Shown here: positions 51,841-64,000 of the stretch, one piece after another
Position numbering within the stretch: position 1 is the first letter of the stretch
Layout: each line of letters opens with the position of its first letter
Assembly (NCBI RefSeq): GCF_000150275.1
Contig: NW_002060943.1
Span: 186,001-250,000, forward strand
Reading direction: 5' to 3'
From: Trichoplax adhaerens
Lineage: Eukaryota; Animalia; Placozoa
DNA length: 64,000 bases
Program-made: the position numbers and the translations under genes
Notes under the pieces: model-generated
Told to the model about the DNA's origin: nothing
Databases searched by the model: none
Seen by the model: only the letters and a program-made list of their open reading frames with translations

Positions 51841-52857
51841 TTAGGCTTTCGATTTTAGTATGTTTGAGCTATGATGGAGTTTCTCGGTATTGAATTTTTT
51901 ATTATAGCCATCTCTTTTCTGCGAAACCGACAATTTATCGTTCCGCTTGGCTGATAAAATGCCTTTGAAATGAGTACTGCCCTTTAATCTTAATTGCGGG
52001 TGATAATTGGTTTTTGATAATTTCGCATTAGAACGAAATTCTCTCTTGAACAAACTCAACCCAGGAATATTTTTATCTTCCTCTTCCTCTTTATGAGAAG
52101 TAGCAGTGGGATCGTGCCTAACATTAAATTCGCTAAATAGTGGATTGTGTCTTTCGTTAAACCAACTAATGAGAGGGTCTTCTGACTCTTGTCTTTCCTC
52201 AAACCAACTAATTAGGGGATCTTGCCTTCGTTTCAAATTATTGAAATCTGCGTCTGAAAAGATGTGTCTCTTCTTAAACAGACTAATACCAGTATTAGAA
52301 CGAGCTTGTCTTTCATTAGATAAGCTAATACTAGCACCAGGAGGAGCTTGCCTATCGTTGAATAAGCTAATACCAGGTCCTTGTCTCTCATTAAATAAGC
52401 TAATACCAGGTTCTTGTCTCTCATTAAATAAGCTAATACCAGGTTCTTGTCTCTCATTAAATAAGCTAATACCAGGTTCTTGTCTCTCATTAAATAAGCT
52501 AATACCAGAGTCAGGAGGCGCCTGTCTTCTTTTAAACCAATTTATAATAGGTTCTTGATTGTTCTTGTATACATGACGATCAGTTATCTCTGTTACGATG
52601 CAGTTAAAAAATATTCAATACGAGTATACAAGTAAATTATAAAGTAATCATATCAGTTGATTAATCTACGACTAATTAACTTCTAAATCATCGTTTCACT
52701 TAAAAATTGCAAGGAGCTTTGTCAATGAAGTATGGAGCATCGTTAATTTTTGTTTGCATAGTTATATACGATATATGCAATAGCGTATTGCTTTACCTTT
52801 GCATGTTGCGATAGCATTAAGGCCAATGATGGTAACAACTAATAGACAGATCTTCAT
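51841..52857 (-). CDS. Secreted neuropeptide precursor, LFNE-type (QEPGISLFNE repeats), 269 aa, 2 coding exons
   Basis: Exon 52857-52797 encodes the signal peptide MKICLLVVTIIGLNAIATCK. A phase-1 intron spans 52796-52590. Exon 52589-51841 encodes QAPPDSGISLFNER, 3x QEPGISLFNER, QGPGISLFNDR, QAPPGASISLSNER, QARSNTGISLFKKR, QDPLISWFEER and QESEDPLISWFNER, with mono- and dibasic cleavage sites and N-terminal Gln. A likely 5'UTR intron spans 53175-52863. Confidence 0.93.
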
Positions 52858-55699
52858 TTCGCCTAATCTTTCAATAAAAGCGTTATTAATATTGGACTAT
52901 AAAAATATTTGCGAAATATGGTTCAAGTTCATACTTTGATAGTAGAGTAGTTACAGGTGAAATTATTTTTTAATCATTTGTTCAGTAAGATCTGTATAAT
53001 TACACTATTTGCAGTTCTTAACTTAAAATACAAGCAAAAGATTAAACAAATAATACTTGATTAATAAATTTACCTCATATACACACATTACATTTTTTTG
53101 TATATTAAATACGCATAAAATACTTATTCCAAAATATTCAAACTTTCTAAGATACGCTAACTTTTTAACAGTTACCTTCTGATAAATCCCTTAATTGGTG
53201 TTGCTCAACTAAACTGCAATATTTAACGAAAAAGTTGCAATTCGCCGCTATATATCTAAAAAGTGAACAAAAGAATTCATTCTTCCTAATCTATTTCTAT
53301 TTAACTTTATCAGACTCCACCTACCCGTACCTAAGTATAATTATGATAAATAGATAAAATAAAATTTTCTTAGCCACAATAGGTCATTTCATACTCTGGC
53401 CCAATCTGTCAGTAAATAAAATATTTCCCTGAAATACTCATTACAACACACAACAGTGGCAAAATTAATAAAACCAAAGATCAGTAGCAATAAATCTAAT
53501 TATAACGATGATATGTATTTTATTTATTCGCTAAGGCATACTATCCATTATTGTAACAGATAAATAGTAATACTGTGTTGCATCACTATATTTCAACCCT
53601 TAAGAAATTAAAAGCCGCCATCTAAAATGAAATATAATTAACTTACCTCTTTTGTTATGCTAGATTAATGTATTTGTAAATATAGTTATACTAAATACTG
53701 ATTATAAGTAACGGATACACTGATCATTAGATTATATCTATGGACAATAATTTAATTTAATATAATGTTGACTTAATTGCTAAAAATGTTATATTAATTT
53801 TAAGGACGTATTTAACACCATAAAATTTTCAAAGTGAACTTTTCGTTATCAGAGAAGAGGAATGGCAGACTTTGTGTCTGACCATTTTTGACCTAAATTC
53901 TATCAAAGTATCTTGCCTAAAGTATTCACGTTCAATAGAAACTGCTATAAATAGATTAATAAAGTTATCTATTCCACACTCACTTAATTTCATCATCACG
54001 TAAACCACAATTACAATTATTGTTGACCTTATTTTTAATTGTTTCATAATATCAACAATGGTCTGATTTACCAATATCTTATTATATATCAAACAGATTT
54101 ATCTTGGATTTATTCATGTGAAAGGTACGAATAAACTAAGAATCAACTGAAGAATATATAGAAGCTTAGGAAATTAATATTATGATTTACTAGATGCTTA
54201 GATAACAACAAAAATGCCTAACGGTAGCTCTATTTGTCATTATTATTATTGTCTAGAATGCCTAAGCTACTGTGTGTAAATAACTTAATAGAGAGAATGC
54301 TATCTTTACAGCAAGATACACAGCTGCAACTAGACCAATTTAAGGAGCATTATTTTACGCTCTCATTGTATTAATATTATCATGCTTTATTGCGTTTAGG
54401 AAGAAGCATAGTTGGTAGAAAATGAGGTTTATATCTATATCCTAAAAAATTTCATCATTTTTCTGTTTATAGGTTAAGGTATATGTAATTATGTTATTAA
54501 TTTAACCTTTTACTTATACATCACATCAAATCATTTTGAACAATAACTGTATTATACATGCCTAATAAACAGATTGTGCGAAGAACGCATTTGGAATTCT
54601 AAAATCTATATTTAATTATGATGTCAAAATCTTTTTCTATAGTGCAGTAATAATATATTATGGTTATATAATTTTTATCTGATTATTTAAGATAGAAAAT
54701 TAATACAAAATGATTTGAAAGTTTAGTTGAGTTTATCATTACTTAAACCGTTGCTTTATTATTCGAAAATTGAGTTTTAACCATCATAATTATACGAGTA
54801 GTTATAATCAATTTCAAATTTGCTACTGGCAATGACATAACATAGGTGATTGTAAACAGAAGGAAATTTTTATTTTGATCACAAGCAAGTTCATTTTTTA
54901 TTACAAAAAAAATCTTAGCGAAAGAGGTGCAGGTGGATCTATCTTTCATAATTTCAATACTTGATTAAACAAATTAATTTCTGGAATTGTAAAAAGAAAG
55001 TTTCTGAAAAATTATTTTGTTTACATCTTATTGATAATTATTATAATAGAATTATTATTATAGACCACAAAATACATTTTTTTAGCAAGCAGATACTATT
55101 GTACTTAATTATATACATAAAGACAGTATGATTTCATATTTGCTTCCATTGTCTAAATGGGATAAAAACCAATAAAATTTTCCATATCATATTATAAATA
55201 TCTGTAAAAATCCACTGAAATAATCATAAAGTGTACCTGCAAAGTCCTGATAATCTCTATGATTATTACCAAGACTACTTGTATTTATTATAATGAAGAA
55301 CTTAATACATATGTTACCATTCTAGTATAAAACGGAACAAGAAAGCTATAAACGCGATAATAAGTAATGTCTGCTGCATATTAACATTTTATCGTTACCG
55401 CTAACGGTTAAGTATACAATCGAAATTTTTAGAACTAAAATTACCTCCCCCTGGCAATAGTTATAGGATAATCATATTTGAACAGTTACCATAATTGAGC
55501 TTACAAATTGTGGAATTATCGGAGTTCTACTCGTATATCTGTATTGTTGAATCAGACAGGATAATCATATAAGTCAACTGGTTAAGCCTTCAGAAATACC
55601 TTAATAAAGCATCTAAGAATAGATATCGAGCTAAATATCAAGGGTATTAACATACTGTAGTGCAGTCTTTCATTTAACGTTTAGCGGACACGGAAGTAT

Positions 55700-57120
55700 T
55701 GCTATTACAAGTCATTGAAATTTCAACTAGCATCATAGCGGCATAATGCTTAAATATAGACACTTTTTTGTCTGTAAGGATTAAAGACTTATTGTTAATA
55801 AATCCTGTAACAAGATTCAAATATAGCTTATAGACTGAAATTAGCAATTCTCTAATGATCATATGGGATAAATATCATAAATAGGTGTGATAGTCAAGCC
55901 GCACAAGTATATAATAGAATTCCATTCTGTTATAATTTGTTTCTTATTTGGGTGAAGTATAGTGATCACATACAATAAAGTATCTCCTTATTTTTAGGCA
56001 CCATAATCAATAGTTTATATTTTCGGTTGTGAACTATTAGACCACCTGCACCCTTTTCGAGCGTAATACCAATATTAACAAATGAAATACTAGAAAAATA
56101 TGCATTGATTTAACCGCAAATTGCTCATTATGAGTCCTTAATAGAACCTTCAATTACTCTTGCTCGCCTGTAATTTAAATGATCTGATGGAAATAAATAC
56201 AACTAAACTTTCACTACATTTATTACAATTTTACTCACCACTTAGTTTTATCAATAAACTATTATCTACTTCGTTATATTTACTATATTTACTTTAAGCA
56301 AATTAGCAATTTACGTGTAGAACTTTCAGTACAATTGTACTATTACTTTGATCGTGATTTGGGATGTGTATATGTCCTCTACAGTACATCTCCACATTCA
56401 TTTATTTTTTTACTTACCTATCTTTACAATGACAACGCCATTAAGGTTTTAACGCTAACTAATAAGACGGTAAACAGATAATATACTTTATTATTGGCGT
56501 AAGGTACTTCAGTAAAATTGATGGCTGATAATCATTTGCTCGCCTTGTTATTTTAGAGTGTAGGAATGACTTTGGAGCATAGCATGTCATGGAGAGCCTA
56601 TAGTACATATAAATGGAAAGAGGCCTGTAATTATCAGTGGTTTTTAACTCCCCCACGGAAATAATAATTGTATTCTACATCGATAGTTGAAATCTGCATT
56701 CCATTTCAATTTGCAAATTCTTTGCCCTCATGGTCTATCGTTTAGAATCATGATTCCCTAGCAGTAGAATTACTATATCTAAAATATTATTTATAGAGTA
56801 ATTGTAAATTTGGCAGGTGAAACTGATTTTATTAGACTCTTATTTACTCATAAGTAGGACTGGATAAAGCAGCTTTATTTTACAATAACGGCTAAAGCAA
56901 GTATTCCAACGGAAGTAAACCAACTTCACATTGGGAATTTCCGAGAAGTAAAAACATAAATCTTTGTAACCAATTAACGAAATCTCCTAAAAGGATTATA
57001 GTATTGTTAGTCATCGAATGTAAGACCTTCTCTACACTTGCAGTATATTTTTTCGGACTACTATCGTGTCTAGACGAGTCGTTTGTATTGCTATTACCTA
57101 TTTTTATTTTATTACACAAA
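55700..57120 (-). mobile_element. Highly decayed non-LTR retrotransposon (LINE-like) fragments
   Basis: On the same strand and in the expected order: IILLGDF (APE endonuclease GDFN-like, ~56985), DNYRPLSI (RT N-terminal NYRPISL-like, ~56630) and a weak FIN...YA (~55740-55800). Frames are broken and spacing is non-canonical. Confidence 0.42.
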
Positions 57121-59096
57121 TCTGATATTTAAACTAACATTTTCATTTTGAAAAGAACGTTCATTAAATTAATTTATTTTCCGCATTGACCCTTGCCCTT
57201 ATACGAAGAACTTAATGTCATCTCGTCATCCTGGCCTCTGACCCTATAAATGGTTGCAGTTTTAATATCTAGGCTAATGGATTATAATAACCAGTAATTT
57301 ATTGCCTTGTATTGCTATGTATAAAATTAAAAGTAACTAAATTTGTAATCGTTATTGCACACTGCTCTGATCCGTAATAACCTCGTTATCGGTTTACCCT
57401 CAGCACTTATTGTACTGTATAATCTGATAAAATAATGTGGAATACTCGTATATCCATTAAAAAGTTACACCTTTAATGCCTTCTATTTTATAAGTTTCGG
57501 CTTATAACAAGGCCAATTCAATTGCTACGGAGAGCTGTAAGATGATTTAGTTAGAATCGAAAATAAAAATATTGTCTATTGCATTTCAGGTTGCTGTCGA
57601 CAAGTTCTACAAGTTATCTAATCTAAATACTCAATTTCATTTCACCTGTTTAAATTCTAAGTAACCCTGTCATTGAAATATATTGCATGCTAATACCGTC
57701 ACAATAAGAACTCTTATAAAACACCATATCCGATTTCTAATGATTTGCTCATTTTAATTGCTATCAGAATAAACTCAATTAAAATAAATAGTTACAGAAA
57801 TGGAAGTAAGAAATCAACGAATGGTTGATGAAGCTATTTAAATAATTTCAGTTCATTAATTCGTGTGATAAAGTCACGTAGGATTTACCTTCGCCATTAA
57901 AAACATATTTTGAAGTAATTTACGTTTATGAGTTGTTAAAATAATTGCAAAAGGAAATGGAATTTTATTTTACAGGGTAAGAAATCTAGCGTAATGTTGG
58001 ACCATACATATCATCAATCTTTTTGTACGGAATATATTGCTTTATACACGTATCGAGGGAATCACAAAAGGAATCTGTGCTAAGGACCAAGTTATAATCC
58101 ACAAGTATTTTAAACCAATAACAACCCTATTACGGTAATACCAAAGTTGAAAATTGATTTTAGTTAAATTTCGTTTCTTTTCTAACTAATAAGCTCATTC
58201 TGGATTATAAATACAAGCACCACTTACAATACCTACGACTTTTAATATCCTTGCAAAGCACTATTAGATCTACTGCATCGCAGTAAACTTGGAAAATAGA
58301 GCTACTACACCGGTCTTGATCCCCTACTGTGAAAATCTATGATTGTGCTTAAAGGAAGTCAGTGTAAAACAAAATCTAAAAATCTGCAGCAATACCAAAT
58401 TGTAAGCACAGTTGCAATATCAAACTATTTTCTAGAACAAATAATAAGAACTAACGACTCTATTTTCTTTTACTTTATCACATAGATAGGCTGCGCTTAG
58501 ACCTAGATGTCTATGACTGCAAATACGATACCTCCGACTACAGTTGCGGATATCAATGTCAAATACTACTCCATTAAACTGTCTAGATAATAAACCGGCA
58601 AGCAACCTTCTTTAAGACGATCTTTTACCTTGCCATGTTATTCAAACTGAAAATAATAAGAAATATAGTGATCTTAACGTCGAAATCTGCAGATGCTACA
58701 TCTTGACAAATCAGCGGGTAAAAAGTGTTTCCTTGAAGATATTGCATCTAATAATCAGCTATTCCTAATTACGTGTAGAACTCGAATATAGGCGGCTAAG
58801 GATTAACGTATGATAGAAAACTCTGTTGCATGAGCTCAAAAATTATTACAACATGCATTTCTTTTTCTATGATTTTTATCTACTGTTATGGTACAAAACC
58901 TGCTATGTACTCCTACCATAATGTAAACGCTGAACGTGGGATTACTTGAGCAATAACTGCGTAATGAGCGCTACCATCCGCGACGCTATTACTAGCCACA
59001 GAATAAACTTTTGCTCATAAACTAGTATTTTTTCTTTTAACAGGAATGAATGCTACAATACGGTATCAATCCATCTCATTAGTTTCATGCTGTTGT

Positions 59097-59345
59097 ACAA
59101 TCTTGTTCTTTATTGTTGTTATTTCTTAAATAAATTGAAAGAATCGGACTGACCGACATGCTATCAAAATAAAAGACTTGGTGGGCAATGTTAAGCTAAC
59201 GTGCAGTCTTGTTGTTGTTGTTGTTGTTTATTGCTGTTATTTCTTAAATAAATTGAAGGAATTTGACCGATCGAAATACTACCAAAATAAATTACTTGAT
59301 GGGCAATGTTAAGCTAACGTGCAATCTTGTTGTTTATCGTTGTAA
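59097..59345. repeat. Tandem duplication, ~2 copies of ~120-130 bp
   Basis: tttattg(t/c)tgttatttcttaaataaattgaa...gggcaatgttaagctaacgtgca occurs twice. Confidence 0.88.
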
Positions 59346-60732
59346 TTTTTAAACATATTTTAGCCAGAAAAATAAGACGTGGCATGATGATATGGTAATG
59401 TTATTAAAAAAATGTCCGTAAGTGGAAGCCTGGATCGCCCGAGTCAAATACCTTACGGCTTTGATTGAGAATGTTCGGAAATTAGTTGGATGCTAGGCTG
59501 AGCTCAGTATCACTTATTCGCAACTTGGTTTATACCGATTTTATCACAAATAATAATTAAAATTGGCAATACCTCACCTCATAAACATTTTGCAGTAATA
59601 GTTTACTCGACGAGAAATGCACAAAGGTGAAGATCTTACTAATCAAAACTATTCTTGGGAGAACATGGAAGGCTTTTTTTACACATGGTACCGAACTATA
59701 GTTTCCAATCATGTCAGAGCAACATCGTCTTTAAATATTGCCGACAATATCCTTGATGACAATGATTTACTCATAAACAATTTCTTTATTTTACATTGAA
59801 TATGATTGTTGTTAAAATGGCACACTGAGATTCCATAGAAGAATGCAGAAAAAATAGAATCTTTTCTGTAGGAGTCATTTGCATAGCGTAAAGGAAAAGC
59901 CTTTCACTCTATTTGTCCTAATGGTGAACTGTCCTTTCCTGGCCGAGCTAAGAAAAATGGACATTTCAAAAAGTAAAATTGATCACAATCAAAAAAATTT
60001 AGAAGGTTGTTAAACATTATACAATATACTAGATAGGATAAATTTTAAAAATTGAATACTGTTACCACACTATGAGCAACGAAAATGCATAACTCGTATC
60101 ATTTTTAATACTAACACTAAAGGCGAATGAATTGCCAATTTGGTCAGTTTTCAACTCTCTAGTTTAAACTAAGAACGACTCATGGAGAAAAATTAATCCC
60201 TGCACTCTAATTTGCTGCTTAGGGACTCCTTATCAAAAGCAATTTTCATCGATAAAATTGATAATTTTTACAGTAGCATGGGAGTTTTCCGATGCCTCCA
60301 TCATGGTTGCATCTGTTTAACTTGCACTTGGAAATAAAGGGAGTAATAACTGAGACTTTCCGGTCTCCCCATTTACTCTCTCTCTCTCTCTCTCCCTACT
60401 ATATAATCCCCGGGGATTAGAGAGAGAAAGTAGACGGTGGAAAAAGGATTAATACTTTACTTAAGTAGTTTCTGGTCATAAAGAGAAACCAAAATACGAA
60501 AAAATAAATTTTGCAAAAGAACCAAGAATTGAAACCCGTTTCGTTCTGAAATCAATGTTCTAGATTTTACAAGTGCAGTATTTTGATGGTTAACTTAATT
60601 GATGATCCATAGGTCATCAATAATGATTTAACAATTCACACAAATACTTCAATTTGGATTTCTTTTGAAATCTGCATACTTCCACTTATTCTTATAAAAG
60701 ATATATCTAAATTTATTCCTAGCCAATTAACG

Positions 60733-63060
60733 AGAGAGAATTCTATAGTAGCTTTAGCGCGATAGTTGTAAACCTATTTCAACAAGGAGAACTAGAGCAA
60801 ACTTTCAGCTTAGAGATGTGCATCACCTTATGATCAGGATCCCGACAGAACAGTGAATTCACACAAATCTTTCACTTTGGGCATCGTTTTAAAATCTAAA
60901 CACTTCCATTAATTCTTAAAACGTCAAGATAAAATCCAAATCTATTCCAACATGGTGAGCTGGAGAGAATTCTGTATTAGCTTTAGCACTGCATATGTAA
61001 ATCGATTCAAACAAAAAGAACCGAAGCCATCTTCAGGCTACTGGATATCAGGAACATTATCATCGGGATTTCTGTAGAACAGCAAACACCACATATGTGT
61101 AGAATATCTTAAGCTAGACAACATTTCTTTTAAAAGTTGGTTTCTTCATCAAGTATGTGAGTTTACTAGAGCTGAGATATCTACAAAGTATTCTTATTAC
61201 TCAATTTAACGGATAGTCGATGATTAAAAAATATTCTTTACAAGTCCAAATTGCTAACTCCTATGTTTAAAGCTTACTCTACATTATTTAATGTATAGAG
61301 ACTCGCGAAAGTCTGTTGAGACCGGCTTCCTCATATGCGAGAAATTCTCCTTGATAATATATCCTATTTAGTTTTCCTCAGCTATTTTTAAATCTTTCTG
61401 TTGTCAATATACAATCAATCTCGTGTATTTAGCCATGAGGATTAGCTCTTTTGCAGAAGTCAGTTCCTTTCACGATCTAGATTAAATCATTGTAGAGAGA
61501 CTCGCAAAAGCGTGATTGAGCAAGGAGCCCTGAGATAGTTGACTCTATTTCATGTACGGTCTTCTTGACCTTACTGCTGTAGTATAAATTAAGCCTTATT
61601 AATATTGGTAGTAATCCCTTCTAATAAGTAAAAATTTTAAATGTTTTGACGTTATACGAAGCCTGTACTTGATGAAATATCAATTTACTGCAATTATCCA
61701 TGAGCTAACTTCGCTGTGTAAGACTACTTACAGACCAATTTCTTTCTTGATCAAAATTAATCCATGTACAGAGACTTCCAAAAGTACAATTTGATCAAGA
61801 AATTATAAGGTACGAGAAAATGCATGACTGAGAAATTCCTCTTGGCGATATACGTATTCTATACGGTCTTATTGATATTATTACTGTAGTAAGTCAAGAT
61901 TTTTTAAACATCATGTTGTGATGCATAGACAGAGTTAAGGAAATATCAAGTTAATGTAATTGCCCACGAGCTGGCTTTTCTTTGTAAGACCCTTTGTATA
62001 AGACCAGTTGCTCTCTTAACATCTTGCTGCTAGTCATAGACAGAAATCAATGAAATATCTAGTGCAAATTAATGCACATTATTCACGAGCTAGCTTCTCT
62101 GTAAAAACCTTTTACAGGCTCATTTCTCTCAATCCAAAGTAATCAGTATAAACAAACTTTCAAAAGTGCGATTTGACCAAAGAAACTTAAGGTACAAGGA
62201 ATGCCTCCATGACAGTGTATAATCAGTTCCGTCTTATTGGAAAGTAACTATTTCGCTTAGTAATGATTAATCATAATCCATTCTAGTAAGTAAAGATCGC
62301 TAACATCATGTTGTTATACGTAGATTGCATTTCACGAGCTTTGCAAAGTCTAGTAATCAAGCAGTCTAAGTAATGCCTGCTCTTTTTGTGAATTGTATCA
62401 GAAAGAACGTCCAAGGAGTACAAGTAGAATCGATTTACTTGTCGATTTCCATTAGAAAGGCACATACTTACGGAGCACTACTCGATCTCATAAAGTGTTC
62501 AGTTGACATGTTCTAAAAGTATTATCATATAAGAAATGAACTGTGATCAACTAAACTACAGTACAACAAGGTTATATTTGCTCCGTTTTCAATGTGCTGC
62601 CACGTTATGATTAAACAAGGTAAAGTGACTTTTCATGATATTTCTAGTCCATTTCAGTAACTATGAGTGTAATAAAAGCATTCTTAATTAAGTATCCATT
62701 TTTTCAATGCCAACCCTAACCTTAACTTTTACTTATACTGTGGCTTTAGCCTTTTTTGTATGACATATCTCGGCTTGTAGCAGATACCCATCAAAACTGC
62801 CAATTTACTGCTCCATCTTGGCTATGCAATTCTTCACACGGAGTCAATAGAAATATGCTTTCTTGAGTTTATTGTAATTAATTACGTGTCACTATAAGTA
62901 GTAGTAAGAGTTTTAACTTTTACTTATTCTAGGCCGTTAGCGTTTTTCCGTACAACATATTGCAGCTTGTAGCTGATACCGATTAAAAAACTGTCAATTT
63001 ACTGCTAAATCGTAGTTATGTAATTTTTCACATGCACTCCATCAAAACATGCTTTCTTAA
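60733..63060. repeat. Cluster of old degenerate tandem duplications (about 60733-61090 x2, 61293-62200 x4, 62720-63060 x2)
   Basis: gagagaattct(a/g)ta(g/t)tagctttagc occurs twice. gagactcgc(g/a)aaag / acttccaaaagt blocks with cca(t/c)gagct recur. ttaacttttacttat...gcttgtagc(a/t)gatacc...caatttactgct occurs twice. Confidence 0.7.
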
Positions 63061-64000
63061 TGCTTTCATAGATTACTGGTCAAAAATCGAGTCATTCTAC
63101 TATTTACTCAATTGTAATATTGCATAGCAACTCGAGAAGAAAATATTGCACAACAGGAATACGAGTAAAGACTTCTTTTATTTCATTGGTAATTCTTATA
63201 TGATCTTATTTCGCTAGAGAGCTAATACGTAGACGCCTAGTTCAATACATTCACATAGTTTATGGCATCAATTTGTATAACTTGATTATCGTTATTTTCT
63301 TCCACTACTATACTTATTGGCATCTGTATGGTTGCTTTCGCTTAAATAATGACTATAGATCATGACTATATCATTTGAATTTATGTATTACGATTGATAG
63401 ATTAAGGCTAAAGTATCTACGGAAGATGGATAGTTGAGAATAACATATAAACAACATGACTACCTCAACGATAGACAACTGCAGTAGTAAAGCATGTAGC
63501 CAATACGAGATAAAGCTATAGCATTATTATCCACACTTGGTCAATCTAACTGGAGATTTTGTTACACATTTGAATTACCATTAACCGTTCAATGGGAAAG
63601 GAGGATGTTGGATAATCCTTCGGTTGAGACTTTCAAGCCATTTTTTCCGATCGACTAGATAAATCACCAAGGAAAATTTTCTTAAATGGGTTAGAGTTAG
63701 GTATGTAAGATAGCCTTTTGTGACCTCTTTTAAAAGGGATAAATCCTTGCTTTCTTGTATCTCTCTGCTACAGTGAGGATAAAATAAAGCCATGTTTACA
63801 TTAAGTAAGCTAGGATTAGCATTTTTGTAATGAACTTAAAAATACTGAAGATTTCATCGAATAACTTCTCTATAATATATACCATTCATCTGTAACTAGG
63901 TATCACTTATTTATTATCGACATGAGACTTACTGAAAACCAAGATACTACATTCTTTGCTTCCGATTTCTCACTATCATCATCTTGCTATCAATAATAAT

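Noticed and set aside
52106-52558. Repetitive + strand ORF (CLSLNKLIPGS) and alternate-frame ORF 52233-52490
   Set aside because: These are antisense and out-of-frame shadows of the 33-bp neuropeptide repeat.

Overview
This is AT-rich animal genomic DNA with mostly 60-150 bp introns and two assembly gaps (about 14186-14235 and 50452-50644). It is most likely a placozoan (Trichoplax-like); this is inferred from intron size, composition and an LFNE-type neuropeptide precursor. Genes were assembled by hand from splice sites: the 3' part of DNA polymerase alpha catalytic subunit (+, ending 3465); importin-5 (+, 5705-15278), which contains a U12-type AT-AC intron; a large STAND NTPase gene of the NWD1/NWD2 type (+, 20608-37934); tRNA-Thr(AGT); MO25/CAB39 (-); and a secreted QEPGISLFNE neuropeptide precursor (-). 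The most unusual observation is the N-terminus of the NWD-type gene, which the ORF track misses. A remote first exon encodes a Src-like MGSSC lipidation motif, an ~11.9 kb intron follows, and two exons then encode a degenerate SH2-like domain fused in frame to DUF4062-like/NACHT/WD40 domains. Other observations: a TACTGTAC/GTACAGTA palindrome family concentrated at putative promoters, an ~180 bp TATA-bearing tandem array running into a gap, many local tandem duplications, and decayed LINE-like fragments. All domain calls are by eye; no database was searched.
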